Source: Desulfotomaculum sp. (GTDB taxonomy: Bacteria > Bacillota > Desulfotomaculia > Desulfotomaculales > Nap2-2B). Taken from it: DNA of 64,000 bases. Below the pieces are notes generated by a model, which ran no database searches, was not told the DNA's origin, and was given only the letters and a program-made list of their open reading frames with translations. Position numbers and translations under genes: made by a program. The stretch spans positions 4,847 to 68,846 of the forward strand of contig DOTD01000032.1 of assembly GCA_003513005.1 (NCBI GenBank), given 5' to 3'. Shown here one piece after another: positions 29,939 to 38,114 of this stretch; the first letter of the stretch is position 1; each line of letters opens with the position of its first letter.

Positions 29939-31387
29939 ATGGCCTATAAAGACTTAAGAGATTTTATAAATGTTTTGGAACAAAGAAGTTTATTAAAACG
30001 AATTAAGACTACGGTTAATTCAGAGCTGGAAATTACTGAAATAACCGATAGGATTTCCAAGACCGGCGGGCCGGCTCTCTTTTTTGAAAATGTTCAAGGT
30101 TCCCCTTATCCGGTAATAATCAATGCTTTTGGGAGCATGGAACGGATGTGCCTGGCTCTTGAAGTTGACATTCTGGATGAAATGGGAGAGAGGATCCGTC
30201 AAATGCTGCAACCTCCTGACATGGATGGTATCATCAGTAAACTTATGGCTCTTCCAAAGCTAAGTAAACTCGCTTCTTATTATCCGGTATCGGTAAAGAA
30301 GGCGCCCTGTCAGGAAATAGTGGAAAATGACAATCCGGATTTGAACGTACTTCCTGTTTTAAAGTGCTGGCCCGGTGATGGAGGGCGGTTTATCACCCTT
30401 CCGCTGGTTTTTACAAAAGATCCGGTTACAAAAAAGCAAAATGTGGGAATGTACCGCATGCAAGTTTTTGACGGGAAAACCACAGGTATGCACTGGCATC
30501 TTCATAAAGACGGCGCTTATCATTTTTCGCAGCATTTACAGCAGGGGAGCGGTAAAATGGAGGTAGCGGTCGCTCTTGGAGGAGACCCGGCGACCATTTA
30601 TGCGGCTACTGCGCCTTTACCCAGGGGTTTTGACGAAATGCTTTTTGCCGGCTTTTTACGCAGTGAGCCGGTGGAAATGGTCCGCTGCCGGACTGTAGAC
30701 CTGTCGGTGCCGGCTCAGGCCGAATTTATCCTTGAAGGTTATGTTGACCTCTTGGAAAAACGCCTCGAGGGACCATTCGGAGATCATACGGGTTATTATT
30801 CAGCGGAAGATTTTTACCCGGTCTTCCATTTAACGTGCCTGACCAGACGTCGCGAACCTGTTTATCCGGCGACAATAGTTGGACGGCCGCCGATGGAGGA
30901 CTGTTATCTAGGCAAGACTACTGAACGTATCTTTTTACCTCTGCTGCAGCTGCAGCTGCCGGAAATGAAGGATCTTAACCTTCCTATAGAGGGTGTATTT
31001 CATAACTGTGCCGTGGTGTCCATCAAAAAACAATACCCGGGACATGCAAAAAAAGTTATGAATGCGCTTTGGGGTATGGGTTATATGATGTTTACTAAAA
31101 TGATAATTGTGGTTGATGACTCTGTCGACGTTCAGGATATGGCGACTGTGTGGTGGAAGGTATATAACAATATAGACGCCCGTCGGGATGTCGTAATCGT
31201 GGATGGCCCGCTGGACGTGCTTGACCACGCTTCGCCGATTCCTAACTATGGTTCCAAGATGGGAATAGACGCTACTAAAAAATGGCCGGAAGAAGGACAT
31301 CGCAGACCCTGGCCGGACGATATCATTATGAGCGGGGAGATAAAAAACTTGGTCAATCAGAGGTGGACTGCTTATGGCCTGGACTAA
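29939..31387 (+). CDS. ubiD: UbiD-family (prenyl-FMN dependent) decarboxylase
   Basis: 482 aa with the typical N-terminus MAYKDLRDFINVLEQRSLLKRI. Adjacent to ubiA and ubiX homologs. Confidence 0.85.
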   Translation: MAYKDLRDFINVLEQRSLLKRIKTTVNSELEITEITDRISKTGGPALFFENVQGSPYPVIINAFGSMERMCLALEVDILDEMGERIRQMLQPPDMDGIISKLMALPKLSKLASYYPVSVKKAPCQEIVENDNPDLNVLPVLKCWPGDGGRFITLPLVFTKDPVTKKQNVGMYRMQVFDGKTTGMHWHLHKDGAYHFSQHLQQGSGKMEVAVALGGDPATIYAATAPLPRGFDEMLFAGFLRSEPVEMVRCRTVDLSVPAQAEFILEGYVDLLEKRLEGPFGDHTGYYSAEDFYPVFHLTCLTRRREPVYPATIVGRPPMEDCYLGKTTERIFLPLLQLQLPEMKDLNLPIEGVFHNCAVVSIKKQYPGHAKKVMNALWGMGYMMFTKMIIVVDDSVDVQDMATVWWKVYNNIDARRDVVIVDGPLDVLDHASPIPNYGSKMGIDATKKWPEEGHRRPWPDDIIMSGEIKNLVNQRWTAYGLD

Positions 31388-32225
31388 GCTGCGCAAACTG
31401 GCTGAACTTATCAAGTGGGAACATACGATTTTTGCCCTGCCATTTTCATATATGGGCTCATTCCTGGCGGCGCAGGGTTGGCCGGCCGGTTCTAAAATAT
31501 TTTGGATAACTGTAGCTATGGTTGGAGCCCGCAGTTCAGCTATGGCTTTCAACCGGTTAATTGATTGGCAGATTGACTCGCGTAACCCTCGAACAGCTGG
31601 GCGGCACTTGCCTATGAGATTGGTTACAAGTACTGATGTTCTGCTCTTAATTATCGTTTCGCTGGGACTGCTTATTTTTGCTGCGGCGCAGCTCAATCCG
31701 CTTTGCGTGAAGCTGCTGCCTTTTGTCTTATTACTTGTAATTTATCCCTACACGAAAAGGTTTACCTGGCTCAGCCATTTTGTATTGGGGATGGCAATCG
31801 GCTGCGCTCCGATGGGGGGCTGGATCGCGATCACCGGCAAAATTCATCCGGCAACAATACTGCTTGGACTAATTGTCTGTTTCTGGGTTGCGGGATTTGA
31901 TATTATTTACGCGACCCTTGACTACGATTTTGACCGCAAAGAAGGGTTATGTTCGATACCGGCCAGGTTTGGCATAAAAAATGCGCTGATAATTGCCCGC
32001 TTATCGCACGTTATGGTGGTTGTTTTGCTTATTGTTTTGGGAATCTATTTACGGTTGGATTATTTTTATGCGGCAGGTGTATTGATTACCGCTGTATTGC
32101 TGCATTACGAGCATTATCTCGCCAGCCCTGAAGATTTAAGCAAAGTGAACCTGGCTTTCTTTAATGTAAACGGAACCATTAGCATTATTTTATTTGTTGC
32201 TGTATTTTTAGCAATATTTATGTGA
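31374..32225 (+). CDS. ubiA: UbiA-family aromatic prenyltransferase
   Basis: 283 aa polytopic membrane protein with Asp-rich motifs (NRLIDWQIDSRN, DIIYATLDYDFD). Confidence 0.85.
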   Translation: MAWTKLRKLAELIKWEHTIFALPFSYMGSFLAAQGWPAGSKIFWITVAMVGARSSAMAFNRLIDWQIDSRNPRTAGRHLPMRLVTSTDVLLLIIVSLGLLIFAAAQLNPLCVKLLPFVLLLVIYPYTKRFTWLSHFVLGMAIGCAPMGGWIAITGKIHPATILLGLIVCFWVAGFDIIYATLDYDFDRKEGLCSIPARFGIKNALIIARLSHVMVVVLLIVLGIYLRLDYFYAAGVLITAVLLHYEHYLASPEDLSKVNLAFFNVNGTISIILFVAVFLAIFM

Positions 32226-32246
32226 TAGGGAGAGGGGGGAAATGAT

Positions 32247-32852
32247 ATCGGACGGTATATAGTAGCCATCAGCGGCGCGAGCGGTTGTATATACGGCTGG
32301 CGTCTTGTTGAGGTTTTGGCCGATCAGGGACATTCTCTTTATCTTTTGATTACCGACCCTGCAAAACAGGTGATGGCTTTTGAGATGGGTTGGAAAATCA
32401 ACGGGGATATCTCAGAACAGCGGGAAGCTATAACCCGGCGCCTGGGACCCGGACGGTCACAGAAGATCAATTATCTTGATTACCATGACCTTACAGCAGT
32501 AATCGCCAGCGGATCAGTCAAAAGTGACGGAATGATAGTCGTCCCCTGCAGTATGGCCACGGTAGCCGGTATTGCTCATGGCCTCGCCCGGAATTTAGTT
32601 GAGCGTTCAGCGGATGTAATATTAAAGGAAAAACGTCCGCTTGTACTTGTCCCGCGGGAAACGCCCTTGAATCAAATTCATTTACAGAATCTTTTATCGC
32701 TTTCCAGGATGGGGGTTACGATCCTTCCGGCTATGCCCGCATTCTATACGAAGCCCCGGACAATAACCGAACTTGTCGATTTTATTGCCGGCAGGGTAAT
32801 GGACCAATTGGGGCTGAACCATCAGCTTTATGAAGCATGGGGAGATACTTAA
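32247..32852 (+). CDS. ubiX: UbiX flavin prenyltransferase (5' end anomalous)
   Basis: Homology (RYIVAISGASGCIYGWRLV...) starts at 32253, upstream of the first ATG of this frame (32316). The only SD-served ATG (32242) is in another frame. The coordinates given assume an ATC start. See the finding. Confidence 0.75.
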   Translation: MGRYIVAISGASGCIYGWRLVEVLADQGHSLYLLITDPAKQVMAFEMGWKINGDISEQREAITRRLGPGRSQKINYLDYHDLTAVIASGSVKSDGMIVVPCSMATVAGIAHGLARNLVERSADVILKEKRPLVLVPRETPLNQIHLQNLLSLSRMGVTILPAMPAFYTKPRTITELVDFIAGRVMDQLGLNHQLYEAWGDT

Positions 32853-32884
32853 CATACAGCGCGGATCGATCTGGCAAGTTGGTT

Positions 32885-32994
32885 ATTAGTAAGAGATTAG
32901 TAAGAGATTAGTAAGAGATTAGTAAGAGATTAGTAAGAGATTAGTAAGAGATTAGTAAGAGATTAGTAAGAGATTAGTAAGAGATTAGTAAGAG
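32885..32994. repeat. perfect microsatellite, 11-bp unit x 10
   Basis: ATTAGTAAGAG repeated 10 times without mismatch, ending 26 bp before the GTG of the ABC substrate-binding gene. Confidence 0.97.
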
Positions 32995-33020
32995 ATAAGA
33001 GAGGAGAGGAGAAAGAATAA

Positions 33021-33983
33021 GTGATTCGGAAGAGCAAGATATTTTTTTTGTTAGGAGTTTTGTTTCTCGGCGTAATAATGCTGGTAACCGGATGCGATAA
33101 TAAGAAAGAGCAAGCGAAACCGCTTAAAATTGGTGTCCTGCCGGTAGAAGACTCTTTACCATTTTACGTAGCCCAGGAAAAAGGTTATTTTACAGAGGAA
33201 AATGTTAAAGTAGAACTGGTTCCTTTCCAGAGCGCTTTAGAACGTGACAGTGCTTTTCAGACCGGGGCGATTGACGGGGAAATAACAGACTTGATAGCTG
33301 CGGTATTGCTTAAGAATGCCGGTGTTGACCACCAGATTGTTACTACTACGCTGGGAATAAAACCGGGCGAAGGGAGGTTTGCCATTCTAGCCGCGCCTGG
33401 CTCCGGTATTAACAAAGCAGAACAGCTAAAAGGAGTGGAAATCGGTGTTTCACAGAACTCCATTATCGAATATGTCACTGATCAGTTGCTGCAAGAACAA
33501 GGATTTGAGCCTGACGAAATAAAAAAGATAGTTGTTCCCAAGATACCGGTGCGCATGGAAATGCTTTTCAAGAATCAAATTAAAGCCGCCACTTTACCGG
33601 ATCCTCTGGCAACCTATGCGGAATCCAAGGGAGCTAAAGTAATTTTGGATAATAGTAAAGAAGATATTTCACAAGTTGTTTTAATTTTTCATACAGAAGC
33701 ACTAAAATCACGGAGCAAAGAAGTAACCGGAACTCTGCAGGCTTATGCCAGAGCCGTAAAAGAAATAGACGCCAATGCGGAAAGCTACCGTGCTCTGTTC
33801 ACGGAGAAAGCCGGCGTTCCGGAAGAGATTAAAGACACATACCGGATACCTCATTTTTCCTTGCCGGAAACGCCCACCCAAGCGCAGTTTGACCGGGCAA
33901 TTAACTGGATGCTGGACAAGGGTCTATTAAAGAAAGCGTTGAGTTATAATGACATGGTAAGTGGTGGTTTTATTGGCAAATGA
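33021..33983 (+). CDS. ABC transporter substrate-binding lipoprotein (NMT1/THI5-like, NitT/TauT family)
   Basis: 320 aa with a lipobox (LVTGC). NMT1-like periplasmic binding fold by sequence pattern. Confidence 0.75.
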   Translation: MIRKSKIFFLLGVLFLGVIMLVTGCDNKKEQAKPLKIGVLPVEDSLPFYVAQEKGYFTEENVKVELVPFQSALERDSAFQTGAIDGEITDLIAAVLLKNAGVDHQIVTTTLGIKPGEGRFAILAAPGSGINKAEQLKGVEIGVSQNSIIEYVTDQLLQEQGFEPDEIKKIVVPKIPVRMEMLFKNQIKAATLPDPLATYAESKGAKVILDNSKEDISQVVLIFHTEALKSRSKEVTGTLQAYARAVKEIDANAESYRALFTEKAGVPEEIKDTYRIPHFSLPETPTQAQFDRAINWMLDKGLLKKALSYNDMVSGGFIGK

Positions 33984-34737
33984 GCTGGTAAATATAGAAG
34001 AACTGCAAGTCTCTTATAGAAAGTCCGGGTCCCTGGTACCCGCGCTGGAAAACATCGATTTGTACCTGGAACAGGGGCAGACATGCACAGTTATAGGACC
34101 GTCCGGATGCGGCAAAAGCACACTGTTATTCATTCTGGCAGGGTTGTTCACCGATGCGGAAGTGGAAGTCAGGGGCCGCGTCTTATGCCCTGAAAAACAC
34201 AGGATGGCATTAATTTTGCAGGATTACGGCTTGCTTCCCTGGAAGACAGTCTGGGATAACGCAATGCTTGGTTTGAATATCAGGGGGATGTCAAACGAGG
34301 CAAAAAAGGGAGGTTTAGTAAAAATACTGCAAGATTTAGGAATCTGGGAGTTTAAAGACCGTTTCCCCGCTCAACTTAGCGGAGGCCAACGGCAGCGCGT
34401 GGCAATCGCCCGCGCGCTGGCGCTGGAGCCTGAGCTTCTGCTCATGGATGAACCCCTGTCTTCTCTTGATGCGCTTACACGTGAAGCGCTTCAAGAATTG
34501 CTGCTTGATATTTGCCGGAAAACAAAAATGTCCCTGATCCTTGTAACTCACAACATTGAAGAAGCCGTACTGTTAGGACGGCAGGTGTTGGTCATGTCGC
34601 CGGGTCCGGGACGAATTTTAAACGTGCTGGAAAACAGTTCTGCAGGCAATATCGGCTATCGCAATCAGCAAGCCTACTTTGAACAATGCCTGAAAATAAG
34701 GAAATTACTGGAACGGGGCATAAACGATGCATGTTAA
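33961..34737 (+). CDS. ABC transporter ATP-binding protein
   Basis: Walker A (GPSGCGKST), signature LSGGQRQRVAIARAL, Walker B (LLLMDEP). Confidence 0.9.
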   Translation: MVVLLANELVNIEELQVSYRKSGSLVPALENIDLYLEQGQTCTVIGPSGCGKSTLLFILAGLFTDAEVEVRGRVLCPEKHRMALILQDYGLLPWKTVWDNAMLGLNIRGMSNEAKKGGLVKILQDLGIWEFKDRFPAQLSGGQRQRVAIARALALEPELLLMDEPLSSLDALTREALQELLLDICRKTKMSLILVTHNIEEAVLLGRQVLVMSPGPGRILNVLENSSAGNIGYRNQQAYFEQCLKIRKLLERGINDAC

Positions 34738-35479
34738 CCCTTCCGTGAAAAGTTTCAGCAATTATTTTATAGCTGCTCTTTTTTTAATATTGCTCTGGCA
34801 GTTGATCAGCCTTTGCATGGCTGACCTTGCGTTACCCGGCCCCGTTCAGGCGATACACGCCTTTATAACGGGACTTGACAACGGCATTTCCAGAAATCTT
34901 CTTTTCAGTACTTTTCGCGTAGTTATAAGCATTTTGCTGTCGACATTGCTGGCAGTCCCTTTGGGGCTTCTGTTGGGCAGGGAAACTCATCTTGACCGTT
35001 TCCTTGGTCCGGTAATTTATCTAATCTACCCGATACCTAAAATTGTTTTTCTGCCGGTTGTTCTTTCCCTTTTTGGCCTGGGTAATTGGGCAAAAATTTT
35101 TTTGATTTCCCTAATCATTTTTTTTCAAATACTGGTAACGACACGAGACGCGGCGAAATCGGTGGAAAGACTTTATCTCTATTCGGTAAAATCCCTGGGC
35201 GCCTCACGAAAAGATATTTACCGGCACGTTATTTTACCGGCGTGCCTTCCCGAAATATTTACCTCCTTGAGAATAGGTCTCGGAGCGGCTATTGCCGTTC
35301 TGTTTATCACTGAAACTTTTGCCAGCAGCGAAGGCATAGGGTTTTATCTGATGGATTCATGGTCACGCCTGGCATACAACGAGATGTATGCCGGAGTAAT
35401 AGCAATGAGTCTTCTGGGATTTGTTCTATACATAATTTTGGATTGGCTGGAGAAGAAGATTTGTCCGTGGAAATTTTAA
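34727..35479 (+). CDS. ABC transporter permease (NitT/TauT family)
   Basis: 250 aa, six hydrophobic segments, BPD-transporter EAA-like loop. Overlaps the ATPase gene. Confidence 0.85.
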   Translation: MHVNPSVKSFSNYFIAALFLILLWQLISLCMADLALPGPVQAIHAFITGLDNGISRNLLFSTFRVVISILLSTLLAVPLGLLLGRETHLDRFLGPVIYLIYPIPKIVFLPVVLSLFGLGNWAKIFLISLIIFFQILVTTRDAAKSVERLYLYSVKSLGASRKDIYRHVILPACLPEIFTSLRIGLGAAIAVLFITETFASSEGIGFYLMDSWSRLAYNEMYAGVIAMSLLGFVLYIILDWLEKKICPWKF

Positions 35480-35513
35480 TACTGATTCTTGTATTAATTA
35501 AGGAGGGTCATCA

Positions 35514-35855
35514 ATGGGAAAGAAACTACTCATCCGCTGGGGTTTGAATATTGCGGGGATTATTTTGACCGCTTATCTTGTCAAGGGATTTGAAGTAACA
35601 ATTTTGGCGGCTATATTCGGCTTTATTTTGCTTGGTTTTGTTAACGCTACAATCCGCCCGATCCTTATTTTGCTGACTTTGCCCATCAACTTGATCACTC
35701 TGGGCTTGTTCACCCTGGTAATTAACGGGCTGATGCTGTGGCTGGTCAGCGCATTGATCAAAGGTTTTGATATAACGAATTTCTTGGTGGCTCTTCTTTC
35801 AGCTTTGATTATTATGATTATCAGTTCAATAATCAGCTTTTTAATCAAAGATTGA
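35514..35855 (+). CDS. phage-holin family IV / DUF360 membrane protein
   Basis: 113 aa, four TM segments. The pattern (GFEVTILAAIFGFILLGFVNATIRPIL) is typical of this family as I remember it. Confidence 0.6.
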   Translation: MGKKLLIRWGLNIAGIILTAYLVKGFEVTILAAIFGFILLGFVNATIRPILILLTLPINLITLGLFTLVINGLMLWLVSALIKGFDITNFLVALLSALIIMIISSIISFLIKD

Positions 35856-35954
35856 CAGCTTGCTTTTTGTTTTCCATGGCAACCACTATTTACATAGAGG
35901 TAAGTATGAGAGTCTGACGAATAATAGTAATAAAAATTGAAGGGGTTGAAGTTT

Positions 35955-36104
35955 ATGAAGACACTTTTTAAGCGGCGTACCAGTTCAAGAAAAGGAATAA
36001 TTGCCAGAGTCTTGTTAACCGCTCTTACCACCACAGCCTGCACATACCTGGTATCGAGATACTTGAAGAAACATCCCAGGGCAATAGAGATAAAAACCAC
36101 TTAA
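35955..36104 (+). CDS. 49-aa single-TM ORF (hypothetical)
   Basis: MKTLFKRRTSSRKGIIARVLLTALTTTACTYLVSRYLKKHPRAIEIKTT, followed directly by a terminator. The SD is weak. Confidence 0.2.
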   Translation: MKTLFKRRTSSRKGIIARVLLTALTTTACTYLVSRYLKKHPRAIEIKTT

Positions 36105-36113
36105 CATTTGACA

Positions 36114-36150
36114 AGGAGAGGGGCGCCGGCTAAACTCTCTCCTTTATTTT
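36114..36150 (+). terminator. rho-independent terminator
   Basis: AGGAGAG(16-nt loop)CTCTCCT followed by TTATTTT. Confidence 0.6.
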
Positions 36151-36489
36151 GGAAATTCCTTGTTCGCTCCCCGCCTCCGGACACTTAAACAATTTCCTGG
36201 CTTATCCTCGGGCGCACCCGTTCACTAAATAAAATTACGCTTAAGGCATTGACCTTCCTTTATTAATCAATTATCCTCCTTATGAGGGCGCCTTACAGCT
36301 GTATGGATGTCTATCGTTGCCTCCTGCAGAGCGCATCAGGAGCATTTCATTGTGGCAACACCCGCCTTTCAGACGCTACAGGGCTTCAGTAGAGTTGCTG
36401 ATTGCCCGAAAAAAGAAATGAGAATCTGTAGAGAGGGGGTTTGAATTCGGGACTTTTTTGGAACACACATCAGGACAGGCTTTCTTTTA

Positions 36490-36783
36490 ATGTCCCGGAT
36501 ATTTAAAAAGATGATTAATTGTACGGAAGAAGCGGTAAAAAGAGTCTTACCCGGTATCTTAAAGGAATATTTAAAAAGCAGCCCCGGAACGTGCACCTGC
36601 GATATCTGTCAGGAAGATATTATAGCCATGACGTTAAACGAACTGCCTCCTCACTATGCCGTTTCTCTGGCTGGAGAAATTTTTACCGATGTTGGCTTAG
36701 AGTTAATTGGGGGCAAGGCCCAAATTGTGTCGGTGATCACTAGAAACATCAAAAAGGTTTCGGATAAGCCTCGGCACAAATAA
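36490..36783 (+). CDS. comFB: ComFB-family protein
   Basis: 97 aa. The pattern INCTEEAVKRVLPGILKEY...CTCDICQEDIIAMTLNELPPHY is typical of late competence protein ComFB. Confidence 0.7.
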   Translation: MSRIFKKMINCTEEAVKRVLPGILKEYLKSSPGTCTCDICQEDIIAMTLNELPPHYAVSLAGEIFTDVGLELIGGKAQIVSVITRNIKKVSDKPRHK

Positions 36784-36876
36784 TTTCTTAAACAAAAATT
36801 AACTGCAGCCGCAATGTCTTTTTAGAGTGAAGACATGCGGATGCAGTTTTTTTCAATGGGACCGTTAATACAAAGA

Positions 36877-37446
36877 TTATCTAATATGGTTTACCACGTC
36901 CGGCCTTCTTGGCGGCGTGGGCGAATCCTCGCCGGTCTTGTAGCCGAGCGCCACAGTGCAAATGTGGCTGTAGCCTGTGGGGATGCCTAATTCATTTTTT
37001 AAGTCGTTGTCCCTGAATGTTGAAAAAAGGTAACCGGAAGACGTGATCAGGCATGAGCCAATGTTTAGTGATTCTGATGCCAGTGTAATATTTTGCGCCG
37101 CCGCCCCGCAGTCAATCTGAATAAAAGGCGCTTTTCCCTCACCTGAAATCAGGATTACCGTGGGAGCATTGTAAAAAGTGTTGTAGTCCGGGGAACTTGC
37201 CCTGTCAACCAGGGGCGCAATACGTGAATCAAGCATATTTTCTTTAATTCTTTGGGCCATTTTATCGAGCAGGTTCTTATTCTGGATTAGTGTGAAATGT
37301 AATTTCTGACGGTTCATCGCATTGGGAGCGAGCAGGGCCGAGTTTAAGATCTCCTGCACCTCTGAATCTGCTATCTGTTCATCCTTGAATTTCCTAATAC
37401 TTCTCCTGCGCTTGATAACTCTAATAATTTCGTTCATCTGAATCAC
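36877..37446 (-). CDS. nitroreductase family protein
   Basis: 189 aa. N-terminal RRSIRKF motif and nitroreductase fold pattern. Confidence 0.85.
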   Translation of the reverse strand: MIQMNEIIRVIKRRRSIRKFKDEQIADSEVQEILNSALLAPNAMNRQKLHFTLIQNKNLLDKMAQRIKENMLDSRIAPLVDRASSPDYNTFYNAPTVILISGEGKAPFIQIDCGAAAQNITLASESLNIGSCLITSSGYLFSTFRDNDLKNELGIPTGYSHICTVALGYKTGEDSPTPPRRPDVVNHIR

Positions 37447-37581
37447 TTCCTTCCTACGAGTAAATTACCAATTAACAACACCTGAGACAAATTTATCATG
37501 AGAGCTTGTTTATGTCAAAGGATTAAAAAATATAAGAACCTGAAAAGATAGACTTAAATTTTTAAAGAAATCGTTTGCGTA

Positions 37582-37609
37582 TTGACACATCAAATATATT
37601 TGATATCAT
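37582..37609 (+). promoter_or_regulatory. candidate promoter with 16-bp palindromic operator for arsR-hgcAB
   Basis: TTGACA (37582-37587), perfect palindrome ATCAAATATATTTGAT (37589-37604), TATCAT (37604-37609, 16-nt spacing). Confidence 0.45.
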
Positions 37610-37630
37610 CTAAAATAGTAGGTGAGATAA

Positions 37631-37912
37631 ATGGACGTTTTAAAAATTGCCAAAGCTTTATCTGATCCCCTGCGGCTGGAGATACTCAGGCGAATCGCCG
37701 GCAAGAAATGTTGTGAAGATAAGTGGCTGTGTGTCTGCCACCTGGTTGACGATACAGGACTGCTTCAGTCAAGAGTTTCCTACCATATCAAAGAATTAAA
37801 GGAAGCCGATCTCATCCGGGAAGAAATCAGGGGCAGGTGGAACTACTATTATTTTAAAGAAGAGACTTTGAAAGAATATCTCTCGGCATTAAACGACCAA
37901 TTTCAATTATAG
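37631..37912 (+). CDS. arsR: ArsR/SmtB-family metalloregulator
   Basis: 93 aa wHTH (LSDPLRLEILRRIA...CVCHL...SYHIKELKEADLI) with a Cys-rich alpha3 region (CCEDKWLCVC). Confidence 0.85.
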   Translation: MDVLKIAKALSDPLRLEILRRIAGKKCCEDKWLCVCHLVDDTGLLQSRVSYHIKELKEADLIREEIRGRWNYYYFKEETLKEYLSALNDQFQL

Positions 37913-38114
37913 TTGCAGTTTTAAAAATTTAAGTTTGAGATATAAAACTGGGCAGCAGTCTCTTTAGAAGGTTAAATGTACCATAAAAAGGAGGATGGGC
38001 AGTTTGGCGGTTGAGGAAGACACTTTGCGTGAAACGTGTTGAGGCCCTGATCCGCAGGAGGAGTTTCCTCCTCTTCCACCCGACACAGAGTGGATCACCG
38101 GATATAAGACTACT

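Noticed and set aside
32885-32994. CRISPR array
   Set aside because: The 11-bp units are contiguous with no spacers. The 309-bp repeats at 24995-26230 are coding. No cas genes are in the window.
35573-36100. 175-aa minus-strand ORF opposite the holin-like gene
   Set aside because: It is antisense to a convincing 4-TM protein and to a terminator-bounded plus-strand unit. Its sequence is low-complexity.
36151-36489. Known riboswitch (c-di-GMP, c-di-AMP/ydaO) upstream of comFB
   Set aside because: I could not find the conserved core sequences of these classes by eye on either strand. It is kept only as an unexplained long leader.
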